NCBI GenBank assembly: GCA_002454815.1
Contig: DKJL01000010.1
Location: 348,617 to 412,616 of the forward strand
Direction: 5' to 3'
Origin: Flavobacteriales bacterium UBA6693
GTDB taxonomy: Bacteria > Bacteroidota > Bacteroidia > Flavobacteriales > Weeksellaceae
DNA length: 64,000 nt
Positions within the stretch are counted from its first letter, which is position 1. Each line of letters begins with the position of its first letter. The position numbers and the translations under genes were made by a program. Below, one piece after another: positions 45,173 through 54,699 of the stretch. Under the pieces are notes generated by a model that worked only from the letters and a program-made list of their open reading frames with translations, ran no database searches and had not been told where the DNA came from.

Positions 45173-45880
45173 ATGACAGGGTATTATTTGATTATTGGGA
45201 TCTCGATGTTAGTAAGCTGGCTGGTTTCCTCCAGATTAAAATCGAAGTTCGAATATTATTCCCAAGTGCACTTGCGCAACGGCTTGTCCGGCAAGGAAGT
45301 AGCGGAAAAAATGCTGCGTGACAGTGGAATTAATGATGTGAAGGTTATCTCGGTTCCGGGACAACTGACCGACCATTATAATCCGGGTGACAAAACAGTA
45401 AATCTTTCCGAAGGCGTATATATGCAGCGAAATGCGGCGGCGGCAGCAGTAGCGGCGCACGAATGTGGACACGCGGTACAACACGCGGTAGGCTATTCAA
45501 TGTTGCAGTTGCGGTCCAAGTTGGTTCCGATGGTAAACATCAGTTCCAATCTAATGCAGTTCGTCCTTATCGCAGGTATTATATTAATGGGTGCCACGCG
45601 CACCATAGAAAATCCGAACGGAAATACCACCGTACTCGCCATCGGTGTTGCGCTGTTCGCGGTGACAACCCTTTTCGCCTTTGTGACACTTCCGGTGGAA
45701 TATGATGCGAGCAAACGCGCGATGAAATGGCTGAAAACAACCGGCACGGTAACCAGTGAAGAATATGTTGGGGTAAAAGATTCGTTAACCTGGGCAGCGC
45801 GCACCTACGTTGTTGCCGCATTAGGTTCGCTTGCGCAGCTTTTGTATTGGGCTTCGCTTCTTATGGGAAGGCGCGACTGA
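45173..45880 (+). CDS. Membrane zinc metallopeptidase (YugP/Zn_peptidase_2-like)
   Basis: HExxH motif HECGHAVQH, an N-terminal TM helix and two C-terminal TM helices, 235 aa. Confidence 0.8.
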   Translation: MTGYYLIIGISMLVSWLVSSRLKSKFEYYSQVHLRNGLSGKEVAEKMLRDSGINDVKVISVPGQLTDHYNPGDKTVNLSEGVYMQRNAAAAAVAAHECGHAVQHAVGYSMLQLRSKLVPMVNISSNLMQFVLIAGIILMGATRTIENPNGNTTVLAIGVALFAVTTLFAFVTLPVEYDASKRAMKWLKTTGTVTSEEYVGVKDSLTWAARTYVVAALGSLAQLLYWASLLMGRRD

Positions 45881-45898
45881 TCCAAAAGGTTTTTACCG

Positions 45899-46510
45899 TT
45901 ATTCAATAGTAAAGTAAACATTCTGCATCTCGGCCAGCTCGGTCGAGATGCTTTCCTTATGCGCTGTTTTTAAAGTAGACTGAATGGTGCACCGTTCGGC
46001 AGTAGAAAAATCATCAATTTTTGCACTATACCTGCCGAGCAGCGTGAAGATCACATTTTGTTGTGCATAATCGAACTCCACGATAAGTTTAGATTCCAAT
46101 TCCTGTAAAATGATTTCTGCATTTTCCAAAGTTTCTTTCGCCGTTTCTTTATACATTTTAATCAGCCCCGAAACACCCAGTTTCGTTCCACCGTAATAAC
46201 GAACGGCGACGACCAGTACGTTGGTCACCTCGTGTGCCAGCAACTGATTATACATCGGAAGCGCCGCGCTGCCGGAAGGTTCGCCGTCATCATTGGCACG
46301 ATAATTCTCGCCAAGCCGGCCGAGCCTGTACGCATAGCAATGATGCGTAGCTTTGGGATGAATTTCGCGAAGCGCTGAAAGTTCTCGCCGCACATCCTCT
46401 TCGGATTTCACCGGAAAAGCAAACCCAATAAATTTGCTTCCTTTTTCGCGCAGCAACAGGTCGCTGACCGAATTTTTAATGGTAAAAAAAGAAAAGTCAG
46501 GATCGGTCAT
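45899..46510 (-). CDS. YigZ / IMPACT family protein
   Basis: REKGSKFIGFAFPV...HPKATHHCYAYRLG...DDGEPSGSAA is the UPF0029 signature region. It overlaps the ribD stop by 14 nt. Confidence 0.78.
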   Translation of the reverse strand: MTDPDFSFFTIKNSVSDLLLREKGSKFIGFAFPVKSEEDVRRELSALREIHPKATHHCYAYRLGRLGENYRANDDGEPSGSAALPMYNQLLAHEVTNVLVVAVRYYGGTKLGVSGLIKMYKETAKETLENAEIILQELESKLIVEFDYAQQNVIFTLLGRYSAKIDDFSTAERCTIQSTLKTAHKESISTELAEMQNVYFTIE

Positions 46511-47525
46511 TTTTGTAAAACTGAATTTCGTTATCCCTCAACTTCTGTATTAAATATGGAGTCTGATCAAACTGCGGAGCTTGCGTGCCGTTGCCAAGCC
46601 GCAGCGCCGGATTGATGATGACAATTGCCTCGTCCCACAAATCATTCGCGATAAACTGTCGCAAAGTTTCAGCGCCACCTTCCACAATTAGGGACTGAAT
46701 TTGCAGACGGTGTAAATGATTCAGAAGTTCGGACAGCAGATCTTCACGGTTAACTTTAATAAATGTCACCTGCCCTTCGTCTTCTTTTATTGTATTAAAA
46801 ACAATTGTTTGTGCTTCGTTATTGTAAATATTATAATTCGTGGGAATTTTAAGATCAAGATCAATGACGATGCGAACAGGATTCCGACCAAAAACTTCAC
46901 GTGTCGTAAGCGTAGGATTGTCAGTTAGTGCCGTTTTTGTACCTACCATAATAGCATGTTCGCGACTTCTGAAGGCGTGTACCCATTGTTTTGCCATACT
47001 ATTGCTGATCGCAGTTGCACGGTAATCTTGGTCGATAAAATCATCTCCAGAACGGGCCCATTTCAAAAAAATATACGGTCGCTTTTTTTCGTGAAAGGTG
47101 AAGAATCTCCGATTTAAATTCAGGCATTCCTGTTCCAAAATTCCTGTCGAAACTTTTATTCCGGCATTTTCAAGAATCTCTTTTCCTTTGCCATTAACTT
47201 TGGCATGTGCATCGAGACAGCCAATAACTGCGCGCTTTATTCCGGAGGCGACAATCGCGTTGGCACAGGGCGGAGTTTTGCCGTAATGAGCGCACGGCTC
47301 CAAAGAAACATAGATAGTGGAATGGGGTAGCAAATGTACCTCCTTTACAGATCTGATCGCGTTGATTTCCGCATGTGGCAATCCGGCTCTCTCGTGGAAG
47401 CCCTCACCGATAATCCGGTCTTCATGCACAATGACACACCCTACCATCGGATTAGGATAGGTGTTGCCGGTTGCTTTTTGTGCCAGTTCCAGGCAGCGGC
47501 GCATGTATTTTTCGTCAATATTCAT
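46497..47525 (-). CDS. ribD: Bifunctional riboflavin biosynthesis protein RibD (deaminase/reductase)
   Basis: CMP/dCMP deaminase zinc site HAEINA ... PCAHYGKTPPC, plus a C-terminal reductase domain (LIVEGGAETL). The ATG at 47525 gives MNIDEKYMRRCLELA; the track start at 47537 is GTG. Confidence 0.9.
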   Translation of the reverse strand: MNIDEKYMRRCLELAQKATGNTYPNPMVGCVIVHEDRIIGEGFHERAGLPHAEINAIRSVKEVHLLPHSTIYVSLEPCAHYGKTPPCANAIVASGIKRAVIGCLDAHAKVNGKGKEILENAGIKVSTGILEQECLNLNRRFFTFHEKKRPYIFLKWARSGDDFIDQDYRATAISNSMAKQWVHAFRSREHAIMVGTKTALTDNPTLTTREVFGRNPVRIVIDLDLKIPTNYNIYNNEAQTIVFNTIKEDEGQVTFIKVNREDLLSELLNHLHRLQIQSLIVEGGAETLRQFIANDLWDEAIVIINPALRLGNGTQAPQFDQTPYLIQKLRDNEIQFYKNDRS

Positions 47526-47570
47526 TATAAAAAACACCCGTTTCCGGGTGCATATAAATTTGTTTTAAGT

Positions 47571-48155
47571 TTACTGGGAAAGCAATTTAATTTCCGGAAT
47601 TTTGTATTCGATCGCGTTGATCATCAGTCGATCGCGTTCCCTACCAAGAGCTCTCGAACCCGTCTTTAAATCCCCAAACACTCTCTTGGCGTAGGATAAA
47701 ATGAGGAAACGTTTACCCGAGCCATCATCGTAACTCTTGAAGCGGTCGATATTATACACCATGTATGGTTCGCCTTTTTCCGGCGTTTCGGAAGTATAAT
47801 AGTCGACGATATACTCGGTTCCGTCGGGACTTTCGGTGATATTAAATTTAGCAAACCTGTCCGTTTTCTGGCGGTTTTGTATTTGTTCAACTTTATGACT
47901 GATGGCCTTCTCCATTTCTATTTCTTTATTGAAAAATGAAATATCGAGCAGTTGCGTAAATGTGGCAATTGTCTCATCTGCCAAAAGATACTGCTGCCGG
48001 TATAGCGTTTTGGAAACCGGCTTACTCCAGGAAAGAAAAAACTCACTGCCATCATATTCTATCGGTCCCGGAATGTTGATAAAATCGACGGTCTGCTGCG
48101 AAAAACTTTTAACACTAATAAAAAAGACGAGAAGAAAGGCTAATTTTTTAATCAT
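47571..48155 (-). CDS. Secreted hypothetical protein
   Basis: 194 aa with signal peptide MIKKLAFLLVFFISVKSFSQQ. No motif was recognised. Confidence 0.6.
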   Translation of the reverse strand: MIKKLAFLLVFFISVKSFSQQTVDFINIPGPIEYDGSEFFLSWSKPVSKTLYRQQYLLADETIATFTQLLDISFFNKEIEMEKAISHKVEQIQNRQKTDRFAKFNITESPDGTEYIVDYYTSETPEKGEPYMVYNIDRFKSYDDGSGKRFLILSYAKRVFGDLKTGSRALGRERDRLMINAIEYKIPEIKLLSQ

Positions 48156-48165
48156 AAAAATTCAA

Positions 48166-50301
48166 TTAGTTTTCACCGACCACGATCGTGTGTAAATTCT
48201 GCTTTAAAGAATCAATCTGTGCCTTTTTGCTGTCAATTTTTTCATAAGTTTCTGCCAGCATCGGATTATCGCGAGAAGGGTTGCTGAAGAATCCGAGGTT
48301 ATTTTCCATTTTTACCACTTCGGCTTCCAGATCGGCAATCTGGTTTTTCATTTTTCGCGCTTTGTCGGTCAGTTGGTTTTCACTTAATCCTTCATCTTTC
48401 AGGTCGTACTCGCTGATTTTGTTTAATTTAAGTTTTTCACGCAGCGTCTTATTAAACTCGGTATTAATCGACAATTTCTCGCGCGGAACTTTTCCGATGG
48501 TGTTCCATCTGGTTTTAATTTCTTCGATTCTGGACACACTTCCTTCTGTGCTGCCGATTTCTTTTAATTCGTCCAGCAGCTGTCGTTTGTTTTTATAATT
48601 TTCGCGCCAGTTGTCGTCCGAAGTATTATTTTTCTCCCGATAGTTTTTAAAGAAGACATTACAGGCTTCCCGGAAATTGTCCCACACTTTATTGGTCATG
48701 CTACGCGGCACGTGTCCGATCTGTTTCCAGTCTTCCTGCAGTTTTTTGAAAAGCGGCACGGCGGTTTCCCAATCTTCCGACATCATATTATCTTTTGCCG
48801 TCTGTATCAGCGCGAGTTTTGCGTCCAGATTGGCCTGCTGCGAACTTTTCAGATTTTTATAAAAAGCGTTTTTCTTTACATTGAAGTTACGCAGGTGTTG
48901 CTTGAATTCATTCCAGTTTTGGTTGGAAACTTTCCGCGGCACATTTCCTAAACGAAGAAATTCTGAGCGCAGATCTTCCACTTTTTTTATCGCCTGTTGC
49001 CAATAGCTGTGGCTGCTGTCGGCCGTGGTGGTTGCCAGCTTTTCAAGTTCCGCAATGATCGCATTTTTCCTGACGAGATTTTCGCTTTGTTCTTTTGCGA
49101 TCTGCTCGGTGAGCTCCGATTTGCGCTCATGGATTCTGTTGGAGATCTCCTTGAATTCGTCCCATGTTTTTTCACGGAATTCCTCGGCGACCGGTTCCGC
49201 TTCTTCCTTCCAAAGCTTGTGCAGATATTGCAGTTCGTTTAGGGCTTTCTGAACGGAAGGTTCTGTCTCCAGCTGTTTTGCACGTTCGATGATGTGATTG
49301 CGTTTTTCCAGATTATGGGCAAATTCCTGCTCCATATACTCTTTATTAAGGTCGAGCATTTGGTAAAACTGATTCAGATGATGGAAGTAATTATTGTTTA
49401 ATAATTTAAACTCCGACTTTGCTACCTGGCCGGCGCTTTTCCATTCTTCCTTAATCTCGCGGATTGCTTTAAAAAGATTGGTCCCGGGTTCTGTGTTGGT
49501 ATAAAGATTTTTCAGTTTTTCTATAATTGCCTGTCGCTGCTCAAGATGTTTCGCCTGTTGCTGTTCGTGTTGGCGCTGGTGTTCCTCAGCTTTCTCACGG
49601 AAAATACTCAGGAGACCCGACAGTTTCGCCTGCGCCGGATGCTGCGCGGAATATAACTCTTCCGGATTGCCTTCTTGTACAAAATCGGCTTTCAGTGCGT
49701 TATTTTCCTGTTCAATCTTGTGGTTGGCTGCTTCTTTTAATTGATTAAATCTTCGAAAATGTGTCGCCGCATCTTCTTTATTGATGATCGATTCCATTTC
49801 CGCCAGCACTTCCGAAAGCGAAATGGCAGAAAAATCAGGTGCATTTTCGGGGTTGCTTTTTTTATCTTCTGCGTTATCTTGCCCGTTAGAAGTTTGCTCT
49901 TTTCCTGCGTTCGAGTCAATAGTTTCTGTCTCTGCAGAAAGCTCTGTTTCTTTGGCAGAATTTTCTTTGTTGTCCTTCGGCTGATCAATAGCTTGGCCAT
50001 TTTCTCCGCCAGAATTTTCAGCTTCAGCTGCGTGAGTTTGTTTATTCTCCTCATTATCAGGATTTTCGTCTCCCAAAAATTCTTGCGCGGTTCCGTTATT
50101 CATTGCAGGCTCCGAATTAGCGAGTTGCTCTTGCATTGGCTTTTTTTCACTTTGAACTGAATTTTCTGGGCCGTCGTTAACAGATTCCCCAAAAGCGTTT
50201 TGCTCTGCAGCAGTGTCGGTATTCTCTGACGCCACCGATTTTGCAGCATCATCGTTATTGTGGTTCTCAGAAAGTGAATCTTCTGTAATCATAGCAATCA
50301 T
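48166..50301 (-). CDS. DUF349 domain-containing protein with acidic low-complexity N-terminus
   Basis: Repeated helical modules of W-x-x-F/I type are present (EWKSAGQV, KTWDEFKEI, QNWNEFKQH, EDWKQIGHV, KVWDNFREA, TRWNTIGKV), characteristic of DUF349. The first ~170 aa are rich in E/N/D/Q/S. Confidence 0.75.
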   Translation of the reverse strand: MIAMITEDSLSENHNNDDAAKSVASENTDTAAEQNAFGESVNDGPENSVQSEKKPMQEQLANSEPAMNNGTAQEFLGDENPDNEENKQTHAAEAENSGGENGQAIDQPKDNKENSAKETELSAETETIDSNAGKEQTSNGQDNAEDKKSNPENAPDFSAISLSEVLAEMESIINKEDAATHFRRFNQLKEAANHKIEQENNALKADFVQEGNPEELYSAQHPAQAKLSGLLSIFREKAEEHQRQHEQQQAKHLEQRQAIIEKLKNLYTNTEPGTNLFKAIREIKEEWKSAGQVAKSEFKLLNNNYFHHLNQFYQMLDLNKEYMEQEFAHNLEKRNHIIERAKQLETEPSVQKALNELQYLHKLWKEEAEPVAEEFREKTWDEFKEISNRIHERKSELTEQIAKEQSENLVRKNAIIAELEKLATTTADSSHSYWQQAIKKVEDLRSEFLRLGNVPRKVSNQNWNEFKQHLRNFNVKKNAFYKNLKSSQQANLDAKLALIQTAKDNMMSEDWETAVPLFKKLQEDWKQIGHVPRSMTNKVWDNFREACNVFFKNYREKNNTSDDNWRENYKNKRQLLDELKEIGSTEGSVSRIEEIKTRWNTIGKVPREKLSINTEFNKTLREKLKLNKISEYDLKDEGLSENQLTDKARKMKNQIADLEAEVVKMENNLGFFSNPSRDNPMLAETYEKIDSKKAQIDSLKQNLHTIVVGEN

Positions 50302-50355
50302 TTATTATAGGTTAGAATACCGCCGTACCGTCGGCAAACAGTGCCCTAAAGTAAC

Positions 50356-51093
50356 TTATTTTTTCTGAATGTTCCAAATTTCGGCGGCTTTTTCTGCTTG
50401 CTGCTCAAGCATGTAGGATCCGTTGACAACCGTAGCAGATTGCTGTCCTGCTTTTTTAAGAAAACAGGTGAGTGGCGGATTGTAGATCAGATCAATCACT
50501 AAGTGGTTTGTGCTTAAACTTTCGAAGGGAAAATGCACAAATTCGTTCACATTAGGAAAGGTGCCCACCGGCGTACACTGAATGATAATTAAATGATTGG
50601 AAACATCGTTCGCCGCAAGATTTTCAAATGTTAATTTGCCACTTCTGGAAACGGTTTCAAAAGGAATTCCATGCTTTTGTAAAATATGTTTCACCGCTTT
50701 TGCTGCGCCGCCATCGCCCAGAATAAGGGCTGAATTCTGGTGCGCTTTTTTATGTTTAAAAAGTGTTTTTTCAAAACCATAAGCATCGGTATTATACCCG
50801 ACAGTGCGGTTTTCCGTGATCGAAATTGTGTTTACTGCGCCAATTGCTGCTGCCTCGTCGCTCAGTTGATCCAGATAAGGAATAATTTTTTCTTTATATG
50901 GAATGGTGACATTCAGCCCGCGTAAATTTTTTGTTTTTAAAAGTTCCGGCAGGGACTCCAGTTCCGGAAGATCAAAGATATCGTAAGTGTGATTTGGCAG
51001 CTGTAAAGCGAGAAATTTTTCCGCAAAAAATTTTTTGGAAAACGAGTAGGAAATATTACGGCCGATAAGTCCAAATCTTTTTTTATCATTCAT
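50356..51093 (-). CDS. aroE: Shikimate dehydrogenase
   Basis: FGLIGRNISYSFSKKF..., NVTIPYK and the LILGDGGAAKAV Rossmann loop are present. Length is 245 aa. Confidence 0.82.
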   Translation of the reverse strand: MNDKKRFGLIGRNISYSFSKKFFAEKFLALQLPNHTYDIFDLPELESLPELLKTKNLRGLNVTIPYKEKIIPYLDQLSDEAAAIGAVNTISITENRTVGYNTDAYGFEKTLFKHKKAHQNSALILGDGGAAKAVKHILQKHGIPFETVSRSGKLTFENLAANDVSNHLIIIQCTPVGTFPNVNEFVHFPFESLSTNHLVIDLIYNPPLTCFLKKAGQQSATVVNGSYMLEQQAEKAAEIWNIQKK

Positions 51094-51103
51094 AAATCAA
51101 AAA

Positions 51104-51136
51104 TAAAAAAAGACTGGCGATAAACACCAGTCTTTA
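51104..51136 (-). terminator. Rho-independent terminator after the nuclease gene
   Basis: Stem agactgg(51111-51117)/ccagtct(51127-51133). On the minus strand it is followed by T7 (complement of A51104-51110). Confidence 0.65.
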
Positions 51137-51159
51137 TAAATATCAAGCTAAGCTCCGAT

Positions 51160-53205
51160 TTATTTTACCATAAACTTCGCCGAATGTTTTCCGGCTTTCA
51201 GGATGTAGACGCCTTTTGGTAAATTTTTCAGCGTAATTGTTGAGGAATTTCTAAAAGGTTCTGGTACAATTTGCACCATCTTGCCACTGTAATCAAAAAT
51301 TTGGACGGTCGCGATTTTAGAAAGACCGCTCACTCCGCTTACACGAACAATGCTGTTGGTAACAGGATTTGGTGACAGAACAAGATTTTCATTGGAAGTA
51401 CTGTTGTCCGAAGTTCCCATCGTCGTAAAGCAAGTCCAGCTCATGTCGTCAATAGCGACGCGGTTTTTTGCCGTTGTATTTACTAATTTAATTTCGACAG
51501 GTCCTTCAACATTAATACCGGTCACTGTGGTTGTGGTCACCGTACTGCTGTAAGGAATCGTTTTCTGCGTATCAACATCGTTTATAAAAATCTTAAGTGT
51601 CCCGGGTGTCCCGCCGAATTTTAGCTGAGTAGTGACTGTAAGATCACCAATTCCGTTCGGAACTGAAAGCGCAGTAAGAGACCCGTCGCGAATGGTAATT
51701 GCGCGGCCGTTGATGGTCTGGTCCGTTCGTGCATCCTCTGCCATCCAGGCGATTCCGTTACTCGTCCAATTATAGGTAGTATAGGACGAGGCGGCCGGCG
51801 GAATACTTTCGAAATTTTCGTCACCGCAGGTGGTGCCAATGGCAGCTGTGGTTGCGGTCACTAAATTGCTCTGCGCAGAACTATTTCCCGCTGCATCTTT
51901 AGCAATAATATAAATGGAGTAGGTGGTTGCCGGCTCAAGGGCAGTAATATTAGTTTCCGTATCCGTCGTGGAGCCCGTCAGTACACCGTTTACATAAATG
52001 TCGTAACCCACTACGCCCACATTATCGGCAGCGGCTGTCCAGCCCACCGCGATATTATTCGTGCCAACGGAGGAAATCGTAAGGTTCGTTGGGGCGGTTG
52101 GTGCTTCGGTATCCACCGATGTTGTTGCCGATACTGTATCACTTGCTACTGATTCGTTGCCGGCCGCGTCTACCGCAATTATATAAAAATTATAAGTCGT
52201 GCCTTGATAAAGACCGGTCACTTTTGTGCTGGTTGCGCTTGAATTGGAATTAAACACGCCGTTCACGAAAACCTTATAATTGGTTACTGCGATATTATCG
52301 GTTGAAGCAGTCCACGAAAGATTTACGCTGGCCGTCGTAGTCCCGCTCACCTGCAAATTAGTTGGTGCAGACGGTGCCTCGTTATCCACCGTTTTTGTCC
52401 CCCAGATTTGTTGAACCCACTCCGGATGGTCGATGAAGGGATTTCTGTTTTTCTGAATTTCATAAGAGGCATTATTCCGCCGGATTTCTGCAGGGGAAAC
52501 GGGATCTGCCGCAGACCAGTCCATCAACACCTTAAGTTCCCATTCCTGTAGGCCGGGATATGCGGAGCCGCCCAATATGTCGCCGTTTGAGAAGGAAGCC
52601 AATTGATTTTCGTATCGTGTTACGAAATAGAAGATCATCCGGGCAATGTCACCTTTAAATTCATCAATGGGCTCGAAAACGGTACCGCCATATCCCGCTG
52701 AAGCAGAAGGCCCCACCTTGCTGCCGTTTCTTGAAGTGAAAGAAGGAGTATCTACTTTAGCAAACGGGTAATGACTCCGCATTCCGTTTACCTTGCCGTC
52801 CGTTGGCCGGATGTGATGGAGGTCCGAAACCATCGGCGCTTTTTTATTGAAAAGACTTTGTGGTACAACGTGTTCGCGGTTGTAGCAATCGCCCTCCGAA
52901 CTATAATTTCCGCATTTCTTTTTACCGTGCTGATAGTTGTAGGGATCCGGTCCGGTGGGATTTTCAGAGTACATATCGAGCACTGTTCCGTCGTTTTCGT
53001 AAAAAGAATCTGTATCGGTTTTCGGGTAAGCATCGTAAAGTCCGTTATAACCGTTGTCCTGCGCGCCGGCAGTGATAATCGCGCTCAGTTTCGTCTTCAG
53101 TGCCTGTCCTGTAAGACCTGCCGTGCCGTTATAATACCCGGCAGGCGCCTGTCCGAAGGACAGCGAGAAAAACAGGCCGAGTAATAAGGTAGTGATTTTG
53201 TTCAT
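51160..53205 (-). CDS. Secreted endonuclease I family nuclease with two FN3 domains and a T9SS C-terminal sorting domain
   Basis: The ATG at 53205 (MNKITTLLLGLFFSLSFGQ) has a TAACTTTG -7 box 20 nt upstream. Endonuclease I motifs are NREHVVPQS, DLHHIRP and NRNPFIDHPEW. Two FN3 repeats follow, then the tail LSPNPVTNSIVRV...LPKGVYILKAGKHSAKFMVK. Confidence 0.82.
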   Translation of the reverse strand: MNKITTLLLGLFFSLSFGQAPAGYYNGTAGLTGQALKTKLSAIITAGAQDNGYNGLYDAYPKTDTDSFYENDGTVLDMYSENPTGPDPYNYQHGKKKCGNYSSEGDCYNREHVVPQSLFNKKAPMVSDLHHIRPTDGKVNGMRSHYPFAKVDTPSFTSRNGSKVGPSASAGYGGTVFEPIDEFKGDIARMIFYFVTRYENQLASFSNGDILGGSAYPGLQEWELKVLMDWSAADPVSPAEIRRNNASYEIQKNRNPFIDHPEWVQQIWGTKTVDNEAPSAPTNLQVSGTTTASVNLSWTASTDNIAVTNYKVFVNGVFNSNSSATSTKVTGLYQGTTYNFYIIAVDAAGNESVASDTVSATTSVDTEAPTAPTNLTISSVGTNNIAVGWTAAADNVGVVGYDIYVNGVLTGSTTDTETNITALEPATTYSIYIIAKDAAGNSSAQSNLVTATTAAIGTTCGDENFESIPPAASSYTTYNWTSNGIAWMAEDARTDQTINGRAITIRDGSLTALSVPNGIGDLTVTTQLKFGGTPGTLKIFINDVDTQKTIPYSSTVTTTTVTGINVEGPVEIKLVNTTAKNRVAIDDMSWTCFTTMGTSDNSTSNENLVLSPNPVTNSIVRVSGVSGLSKIATVQIFDYSGKMVQIVPEPFRNSSTITLKNLPKGVYILKAGKHSAKFMVK
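51847..52386 (-). repeat. Tandem pair of ~90-aa fibronectin type III repeats within the nuclease gene
   Basis: Repeat 1 reads DNEAPSAPTNLQVSG...YNFYIIAVDAAGNESV... and repeat 2 reads VDTEAPTAPTNLTISS...YSIYIIAKDAAGNSSA.... They are back to back at ORF residues 313-402 and 403-492. Confidence 0.8.
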
Positions 53206-53225
53206 AATCGATAATTTTGGTAACG

Positions 53226-53233
53226 CAAAGTTA
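53226..53233 (-). promoter_or_regulatory. Candidate -7 box (TAACTTTG) for the nuclease gene
   Basis: The minus strand reads TAACTTTG, 20 nt upstream of the ATG at 53205. This supports the shorter start. Confidence 0.4.
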
Positions 53234-53465
53234 AGTAAAAAACTAACTAAAGGTTTTTTTAAGAAATCGATTAAAGATAAAAACGATGCGCAGATTTCTT
53301 TTAAATAAGAAAAAACCGGCACTCGTGAAGACCGTCTGGCTTAGGATATTATAACCAATACCGTTTAGTGATCATTTAGAGAAAATCGCGCAGGTTTAAA
53401 GCTGAATAAAAACCTGGAATAAAAGTGTTCAACAATATTTATTGTAGCAACTTGCACTTGTGTCG

Positions 53466-54677
53466 TTAGCTTGTTTTAAAATGACTTTTATTTACCTTAG
53501 AAAAAAGCCAGGCAACGGTGAGCCCGAAGAGCGCCGCCGTTCCACTCACGATGAAATAATTCAACAGCGTAACGCGCACCGGAAAAGCCAGTTCCGTATT
53601 GGTGCCTGCTTTAATAAAACCGGTATTGATTTGCAGATAACAGACGGCCGTACCCAAAATCAGTCCGCACACGATGCCGAAAAAAACGATGAGCAAACCA
53701 GTGTAGAAATAGATGTTTCGCAGTGCTATCAGGTTCATGCCAAGTGCCAGCAGCGATTGTGCCTGCTCCTTTTTATCGAGTTGCAAAATAATGATGGCGC
53801 CGGCAAGATTGAAGGTGGTAATAAAAATCACCAAAGCAAAAATCAGATAAATAAACAGTTTTTCGGTGTTGATCATTTTCCAAAACGCCGCGTTTTCTTC
53901 TTTTTTTGTTTTTAAATTATATTCCGGGCCCAGCTTAGCTTCCAGGTCACTTTTTACCATATCGGCCGCTTCAGCATTATGCAGTTTAATGACGATCTGG
54001 TAGGCCGCATTTTTGGGAAGATCGAGCAGTTGCTGCGCCAGCTCGAGCGGTGCGATGATGGTATTGTCCAGTTGGTCGTTGCCCGGAAAAATACCCGTTA
54101 CAATAATGTCCCGTTTATTGAAAATGTCTTCTTCCTTACTTATCATGCCGACGCCGGGCTTGGGCATCATCACACTTGCGTAATCACTTCCTTCCCCAAC
54201 AGGAATCGTCAGGCGGTTATCGAGCTTGTTCTCCATCAGCACCTCATTCGAAAACTTGAAAGATGGATAAGTGCCGTAGAAAATGTTTTTATGAATGGGG
54301 TTGACCAAAGTGTAGGCAGAATCTACGCCGCGCAGATTTGCGATATCGCCATTTTCGCGAAAGTTTACATAGGCCTTCTCTTCAATTGTTTTCGAGAAGT
54401 GCGCGATTTCCGGATTTTTATTGAGAAGGTCCGTAACTTTTGCTACGTTCTTTAATGTTTTTCCGGTCGTGCTTTTTACCGTGAGGTCTGCATGCAGATT
54501 CGCAATCAAATCCTGATTTAGATCCTCCAGCCCCGAAAAAACAGAAATAATAATAAACATCGCGGCTACCGCCACCAACATCGCCAGCGCCGCCAGCCAC
54601 GTAATAAAGGTGACTGCCGTGCTGCCTTTCTTAGCCAACAGATAGCGTGTCGCGATATAAAATGCTGTATTCTTCAA
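53466..54677 (-). CDS. FtsX-like ABC transporter permease, LolC/LolE family (second copy)
   Basis: N-terminus (M)KNTAFYIATRYLLAKKGS, then TM1, a periplasmic domain and 3 TM helices. The start codon is TTG (54677-54675). It lies 22 nt downstream of rbfA, with no adjacent ATPase gene. Confidence 0.8.
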   Translation of the reverse strand: MKNTAFYIATRYLLAKKGSTAVTFITWLAALAMLVAVAAMFIIISVFSGLEDLNQDLIANLHADLTVKSTTGKTLKNVAKVTDLLNKNPEIAHFSKTIEEKAYVNFRENGDIANLRGVDSAYTLVNPIHKNIFYGTYPSFKFSNEVLMENKLDNRLTIPVGEGSDYASVMMPKPGVGMISKEEDIFNKRDIIVTGIFPGNDQLDNTIIAPLELAQQLLDLPKNAAYQIVIKLHNAEAADMVKSDLEAKLGPEYNLKTKKEENAAFWKMINTEKLFIYLIFALVIFITTFNLAGAIIILQLDKKEQAQSLLALGMNLIALRNIYFYTGLLIVFFGIVCGLILGTAVCYLQINTGFIKAGTNTELAFPVRVTLLNYFIVSGTAALFGLTVAWLFSKVNKSHFKTS

Positions 54678-54699
54678 CGATCGTTTTTTGCGCGGCGAT

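Noticed and set aside
53206-53322. 39-codon N-terminal extension of the nuclease ORF
   Set aside because: The ATG at 53205 gives a canonical signal peptide and has a TAACTTTG box 20 nt upstream. That box would fall inside the extension.
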